From assembly GCF_009914755.1 (NCBI RefSeq), contig NC_060926.1: a stretch of DNA of 64,000 bases; one strand, 5' to 3'. Both the position numbers and the translations under genes were made by a program. Below the pieces are notes generated by a model. It had not been told where the DNA came from, made no database searches, and saw nothing but the letters and a program-made list of their open reading frames with translations. Positions 57,501 through 64,000 of this stretch are shown here, piece by piece; within the stretch, counting starts at the first letter, position 1, and every line of letters starts with the position of its first letter. Origin of the DNA: the human T2T-CHM13v2.0 reference genome, Homo sapiens.

Positions 57501-59519
57501 TCCTACAGTTCCAACACTGTTCCCTGTGCTTAGTGGGATCTCGGACTACATTTGTTGAACAGTGACAGAGGGGGCTTACAGTTACCAAGTGACTTTTGGG
57601 TCCCATGTCTCAGCCTTAAAAGGAATCTCAAAGACTGCGTTAGCAAAATATTATTTTTGCCTTTGACAAAATGGTCTGCTTTTCGGTGAAATTCTGCCCA
57701 GCTGGTTAGGAAAAAAGGAAGATAAACCATAAAGATCATGGGCCAGGGAAACATTATGGTGAGTTTCAGAAAATGTGTTTATCAATATAAGAAATTCAGA
57801 AAAACCACAGAACACTTTGTACTCCGACGCAAATTTGTCAAGTAAATCAACCAGTGACCAATTCACAAGTGCTTATTGTATGGGTGCTAAGTGCCCAGTA
57901 CTACAGGCAATGAAGGTAGGCAGAATCTATGACATGGTCTCTGAGCTTGAACTTATAGTGGATCTGGAGACTCCAGATCAGTGAGACAAGATAGAACAAT
58001 ACAAGATGCTAAATGTTTAAGTCCTGATAAAAATCACAATGACTCGGTCACATTTGTATAACCTATTGTGGTTTGTAGGAACTTTCACATGGGATATCTC
58101 ATTCCAGTCCTCAGAGCAACTGAGAGTTATAAGCTATAGGTGGGACAGAAGTTAGGAAGCCCATATTGCTGATGAAGAAATTAAGGCAAACTGAGCCTTG
58201 AACTTGGACACAGTCAGGGGTCTTCTGACTTTAAGTCCAGCATCTTTCTGCCTCACTTCTCTCTGGAGCTAGAGAGCAGAACAGGAGGGAGTGAGCTATC
58301 GAGAGTCCTTGGGGAGTGGGGAACTGAGTTTGAATTTCATCCTGGACCTGGCTTTTGCTTGCTGGTCTTGACTACTGTGGGTGCTTATTGGAGGCAGGGG
58401 ATGGGGAGTAAGTACAAGCTGGGGAGGAGGAGAAAGAGGAGAAGAGTGTTGTTGTTTTATTGTTTCAGGGGCCTGCTGTTTTGTGAAGCCTGGAGTGAAT
58501 ACTCAATTATCATGAACATAATAGCAAGGCTTAAAATGTACAACAAAATGTAGAAACTGATTTAGAATTTTCATCCCTGTTTTTCTTTATCATTTCTCTA
58601 GATCATCTTTTGAAACTTTTTAGCATATCTGCACATTATACTTTTTTTTCACAGTTGTTAAGAGGATCAAAATCTACACATTATAAAAGTAAACTCTTTA
58701 ATAAGCTAAAATAGTTACTAGGCTAGGTTGTGGTATTTTTCTTGTGGGCAAGAGGTCTCATTCTCTTTGGAATCCTGCACAGCCTTGCACTACGATTTGC
58801 TTTGAGGAGATACTGTATAAATATTGTCTTCAGTTGCACAAGTATTGAACGATAAAGGCATAAGATCTGCTTTTAGCCAATAATGTTACAGTTAAGCAGT
58901 TAATGTTGGCAGCAGCCAGCCTCAGTGAGTTTGGTGAAGTGCCAAATGAATGAAGTATCTTGCTGAGTATTCTACTAATCAGCCATCCGAGGACTTACCA
59001 GATGCTCACCAAAGGTGACATAATGATTAACTTATATAGTCACATATATGTATTCTCATTATATATTCAAATCCGTGCATACATTCATTCAACAAGTATT
59101 TGAGTACTTACATGATGTTATGTACTATGCTAGGTGCTGGGTATACTGTGGTAAAGGAAACGGTGGGGGGTTGGGGTGGGGTGGGGTGGGGTGAGAAGTG
59201 GGAGGGAGACAGGCATTAAACAAACCAATGCAAAATTTAAGTAGTGGTAAGTTCTCTAAAGGACTTCATGGGAGAGAGTAACAAGGGTAGGGAGGCACTA
59301 GTTTAGATGAGAGGGTCAGAGAAGACCTTTCTGAGGAAGAGACATTTCATTTTGAGTGATAAAAGGAGTCCATTAAGTGAAGAGTGGGAGAAAGATAATT
59401 CCAGGCTGAGGATTCTAAGGCAGGAATGAGCATTGAGCCTCTTTTTGTTCTATGCAGGAACTTCAAGAGAACAAGGGTGGGAACAGCTGGGAGGAGGTTG
59501 TAGAAGAGGGCTGGGGTCA

Positions 59520-60030
59520 TCCCATTACTGGGTATATACCCAAAGGATTATAAATCATGCTGCTATAAAGACACCTGCACACGTATGTTTATTGCGGCAC
59601 TATTCACAATAGCAAAGACTTGGAAACAACCCAAATGTCCAACAATGATAGACTGGATTAAGAAAATGTGGCACGTATACACCGTGGAATACTATGCAGC
59701 CATAAAAAAGGATGAGTTTATGTCCTTTGTAGGGACATAGATGAAGCTGGAAACCATCATTCTCAGCAAACTATCGCAAGGACAAAAAACCAAACACTGC
59801 ATGTTATCACTCATAGGTGGGAATTGAACAATGAGAACACTTGGACACAGGAAGGGGAACATCACACACCAGGGCCTGTTGTGGGGTGGGGGGAGGGGGG
59901 AGGGATAGCATTAGGAGATATACCTAATGTAAATAACGAGTTAGTGGGTGCAGCACACCAACATGGCACATGTATACATATGTAACAAACCTGCACGTTG
60001 TGCACATGTACCCTAGAACTTAAAGTATAA

Positions 60031-60079
<49 letters not shown>

Positions 60080-60082
60080 AAA
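59520..60082 (+). mobile_element. 5'-truncated L1PA with 18-bp TSD AGAAGAGGGCTGGGGTCA
   Basis: Primate L1 3' end; A tail decayed to (AT)n; TSD at 59502-59519 and 60083-60100. Confidence 0.95.
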
Positions 60083-61166
60083 AGAAGAGGGCTGGGGTCA
60101 GATCAAGCTGTGCCCTTTAGGTCAAGTTCAAGGTCTTATGGTTTATTCTGAGGGCTGTGAAAAATGGATTTGCAGAAGGTGAGTGTCACAAGCCAATTTA
60201 AATTTATACAAGATTGCCTGGGAAGGCTGTGAAGAACAGATAGAAGAATAGACTGAAGAGGTACAAGCATGGGAAGCAGAAGCCTCGTTTGGAGGTGTGT
60301 TGTGTGTTGCAGAAGTGGAACCTAAAGTGAGATTGGCCTGGGTTGAAAGATGAATGGAGGTGAGGAAGTGCAGACCATACACATAAAGCTTGGTTGTGAA
60401 AGGGAGCAGAGAGACAGGATGGGTGTAGGGGCAGGTTTGTGTCTATGTGGAAGGCAACCTTGGCTGAGGTTAGGGATGTGAGTCCAGCTCGTTGGTAAAT
60501 TAACAGATATATACCTCTGTGTATAGAGTTATAGCACTTCTAGAACATTAGACATTTGAATCCTATCTCTGGCTTTATCTCAAAATCTAGGTAACTTTAA
60601 GCATATCACTTTGAGTACTTCTAGAAGATTAGACATTTGAATCCTAGCTTTGGTTCTGTCGCCAAATCTGGGTAACTGAGCATATTGCTTGTCCTTCCCT
60701 GTTGTTTTTTTTTTTTTTTTTTCCTCACTGCCTGGTGATTTTATAATTTTTTTAAAAATGCAGTCTTCCTGCAATGTTCTTTAATAGCATTATTTATATG
60801 TGTTAATGTGGGTTATTTTTTATAAATTGAATTAGCAGAACTATGAATGGGGATGTAGGAACATTTGTGGTAGGATTCTAAGCATTTGCTCATTGTTGAT
60901 CATGGATAAGCTGCTTTCAAATTAGCTTAAATAGAGAGACACTAATAATAAAGTCTAGTGGTGAGGAGACAGTAACCCTTCCAATGTAGATGGGATAAGG
61001 ACTGATGGAGAGTCCTGGGCATGGTTATGAGCCACTTTTTGTGTTTCAGTGGGACTCCTCCTTACCTGGTCTTCTTCATTGCATGAGACGCTTCCTCTGT
61101 ACGCATGGATATCTGTTAAAAAGATGATAAGAGAGGTACATCTGGTCTGTTTTCTGAGAACCCATT

Positions 61167-61631
61167 TGTGTTAGGGTTTTCTAGACAAACAGAACCAATA
61201 GGCTGTGCATATGTGTAGAAAGAGATTTATTCTAAGAAATTGGTTCACGCAATTATGGAGACTGGCAAGTCCAAAATTTGCCGGATGGGCCAGCAGGCTG
61301 GAAACCCAGGAGAGCCAACACTCCACTTCAAGTTTGGAGGCAGTTGCTATACAGCCTGGAAGAGCTGATGTTACAATGAAGTCCAAAGGCAGGCTGCTAG
61401 AAAATTCTTTCCTGTTTGAGGGGGTCCAGGCTTTTTGTTCTGTTCAGGCTTTCAGCTGATTTAATGAAGCCCACCAGCATTATAGAGGGCAGTCTGCTTT
61501 ACTCAAAGTCTACCAATTTATATGCCAGTCTCTTCCAAAATACCCTCACAGAAACACTGAGAATAATGTTTGACCAAATGTCTGGGCACCCTGTGACCCA
61601 GCCAAGTTAACACATAAAATTAGCCATCACA
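61167..61631. mobile_element. MLT2-like ERVL LTR
   Basis: tgtgttagggttttctaga...gccaagttaacacataaaattagccatcaca. Confidence 0.85.
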
Positions 61632-62440
61632 TCACATTTAACAGAATATACTGGCCTAAACATCAATAATGACCGTCACAGATAACCTGATGGGGCATTA
61701 AAGAAGGATAGAGTATCCAGTGATCAATTTGTAGTTGTAGGGAATGAGAGTATAAATAGGGCCATAGAGCCTGGGCAACAGAGCGAGACTCCATGTCAAA
61801 AAAACAAATACAAACAAACAAACAGGGCCATAGAACGGAAAGTTATTCCAAAAATCAGTCAAGTCATTTGCTGCCTCTGGACTTTAGGAATGCTGGCTTA
61901 AATCCTGACAAATAATTAGTGTATAGAGATAAAAGAATGCCAGCAGACTAAATTTGGGGCTTCAACATGCTTATATATTTTTTACTTTTATTCTGCTGTG
62001 CACTGGATTGGCTTTCCTAAGTCCTGATGGACATGCCATGGTGAACCGAAAAGCATTTCCTATGATTTACTTGAGATAAAAATGTAACTGGCCAAAGAGA
62101 TGGGAGAACTTCATGGTTGAATACTGTTGTTTGTAGATTTGGATTGAGTGGAGATGTTGTAGCAAAGGCATTTCATTATTCTTGTCTTTGAGTTCAGACA
62201 AAACACTTCTTGGAAGTATTTTTTTTGTGGGTTTTTAAGATCTGAGTTTTCTAAGTATGGTACCTTCGTGAGGCCACTGATGTAAGACCCCAGTCTTCCC
62301 TTGGTGCTCAGATGTTACGAAGATGAGATTCAGCCCTGAGGCTCAGGCTTGAGCTTCCATGACAGAGCTTGTCTCCTCTGGGATGAAAGGGTAAAAAGAA
62401 AGGAAAGTACCATGTATGGCAGTGTTCATCTGGGTGTCCC

Positions 62441-62575
62441 CATCCATCCGTCCGTCCATCCATCCATCCATCCATCCATCCATCCCATTCTTCCACCACC
62501 CATTTAAATGTCCATCCATCCATCCATCCATCCATCCATCCATCCATCCATCCATCCACCCACCCACCTACCCAC
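62441..62575. repeat. (CCAT)n microsatellite
   Basis: Directly visible. Confidence 0.9.
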
Positions 62576-62889
62576 CTTTGCCACAGTGTAAAAAGGTATC
62601 AGGGTCCCCATGCCCTCTCATCTTCTCCTTAAATCACAATTCCTACAAAGTAGGCTCTTTTAAGATGTGAACATAGGAGTCTTGTGAAAGTTTATGCAAA
62701 ACCTGAGAACTTTGTTTTTTAAGCAGGTTCCCCAGACTTGTTGATGTAATTAGAAATTGAATGTCAGCATGGTGCATCTTTTTGGTGATGAGAACCGAAT
62801 TTTCTTCTCCCAGCCTCTCTAGACTTAAAGCAGCACACGTTGCTTTCTCATGTAATTTTTATTTTATTATTTTTTCTCTTCTATTATTA

Positions 62890-63260
62890 TTATTGTTTTT
62901 ATTTTTCCATAAGTTATTTGGGTGCAGGTGGTATTTGGTTACATGAGTAAGTTCTTTAGTGGTGATTCGTGAGATTTTGGTGCACATATCACCTGAACAG
63001 TATACACTGCACAATATTTGTACTCTTTTAATCCCTCCCCCACTCCCACTCTTCCCCCTGAGTCCCCAAAGTCCATTGTATCATTCTTATGCCTTTGCAT
63101 CCTCATAGCTTAGCTCCCACATATCAGTGAGAACATACGATGTTTGATTTTTCCATTCCTGAGTTACTTCACTTAGAATAATAGTCTCCAATCTCATTCA
63201 GGTCACTTTAAATACTGTTAATTCATTCCTTTTTATGGCTGCGTTGTATTCTATCATATG

Positions 63261-63316
<56 letters not shown>

Positions 63317-64000
63317 CTGTATCTATATATATATCACAGTTTCTTTATCCACTCATTGATTGATGGGCATTTGGGTTGGTTCCACGATTTTGCAATTGTG
63401 AATTGTGCTGCTATAAACATGTGTGCAAGTATCTTTTTTGAATAATGACTTCTTTTCCTCTGGGTAGATACCCAGTAGTGAGATTGCTGGATCAAATGGT
63501 AGTTCTACTTTTAGTTCTTTAAGGAATCTCCACACTGTTTACCATAGTGGTTGTACTAGTTTACATTCCCACCAGCAGTGTAGAAGTGTCCCCTGTTCAC
63601 CACATCCACTTCAACATCTACTGTTTTTTGATTTTTTTATTATGGCCATTCTTGCAGGAGTAAAGTGGTATCACATTGTGGTTTTTATTTCATTTCCCTG
63701 ATCATTAGCGATGTTGTGCATTTTTTCATATGTTTGTTGGCCATTTGTATATCTTCTTTTGAGAATTGTCTATTTATGTCCTTAGCCCACTTTTTGATGG
63801 GATTTTTTGTTTTTTTTGTGCTGATTTGTTTGAGTTTGTTTTTGTCGTAGATTCTGGATATTAGTCCTTTGTCAGATATATAGATTGTGAAGATTTTCTC
63901 CCACTCTGTGGGTTGTCTGTTTACTCTGCTGACTGTTCCTTTTGCCATGTGAAAGCTCTTTAGTTTAATTAGGTCCCAGCTATTTATCTTTGTTTTTATT
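62890..64000 (-). mobile_element. L1PB-like 3' portion with internal (TCTA)n (~63262-63315); runs off the window end
   Basis: ORF2 C-terminal translation (QPTEWEKIF...NPIKKWAKD) and 3'UTR. Confidence 0.92.

Overview
Primate genomic DNA, most likely human. It is repeat-rich (Alu, L1, L2, MIR, ERV/MaLR LTRs, hAT MITEs) and contains no intact protein-coding CDS. The main hidden structure is an unprocessed, multi-exon pseudogene of the egg-coat zona pellucida glycoprotein ZPAX on the minus strand (~8506-25029). I reconstructed 17 exon remnants by hand translation, plus one weak extra remnant. Their splice phases match in collinear order, from a Kozak ATG and signal peptide through ZP-N repeats to the ZP module and stop. 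The gene is disabled by nonsense codons, frameshifts, splice-site losses and an L1-associated internal truncation. A large CpG island at ~53.4-55.7 kb carries two alternative non-coding first exons on the + strand; from memory these match the KCNS3 5' end (2p24.2), consistent with ZPAXP. Other notable elements are a perfect 47-bp inverted repeat, a 39-bp G-rich VNTR with multimerised E-box/RUNX sites, and an orphan CpG-rich patch with a CTCF-like motif. Gene and repeat family names come from recalled sequence, not database searches; repeat boundaries are approximate unless a target-site duplication (TSD) is given.
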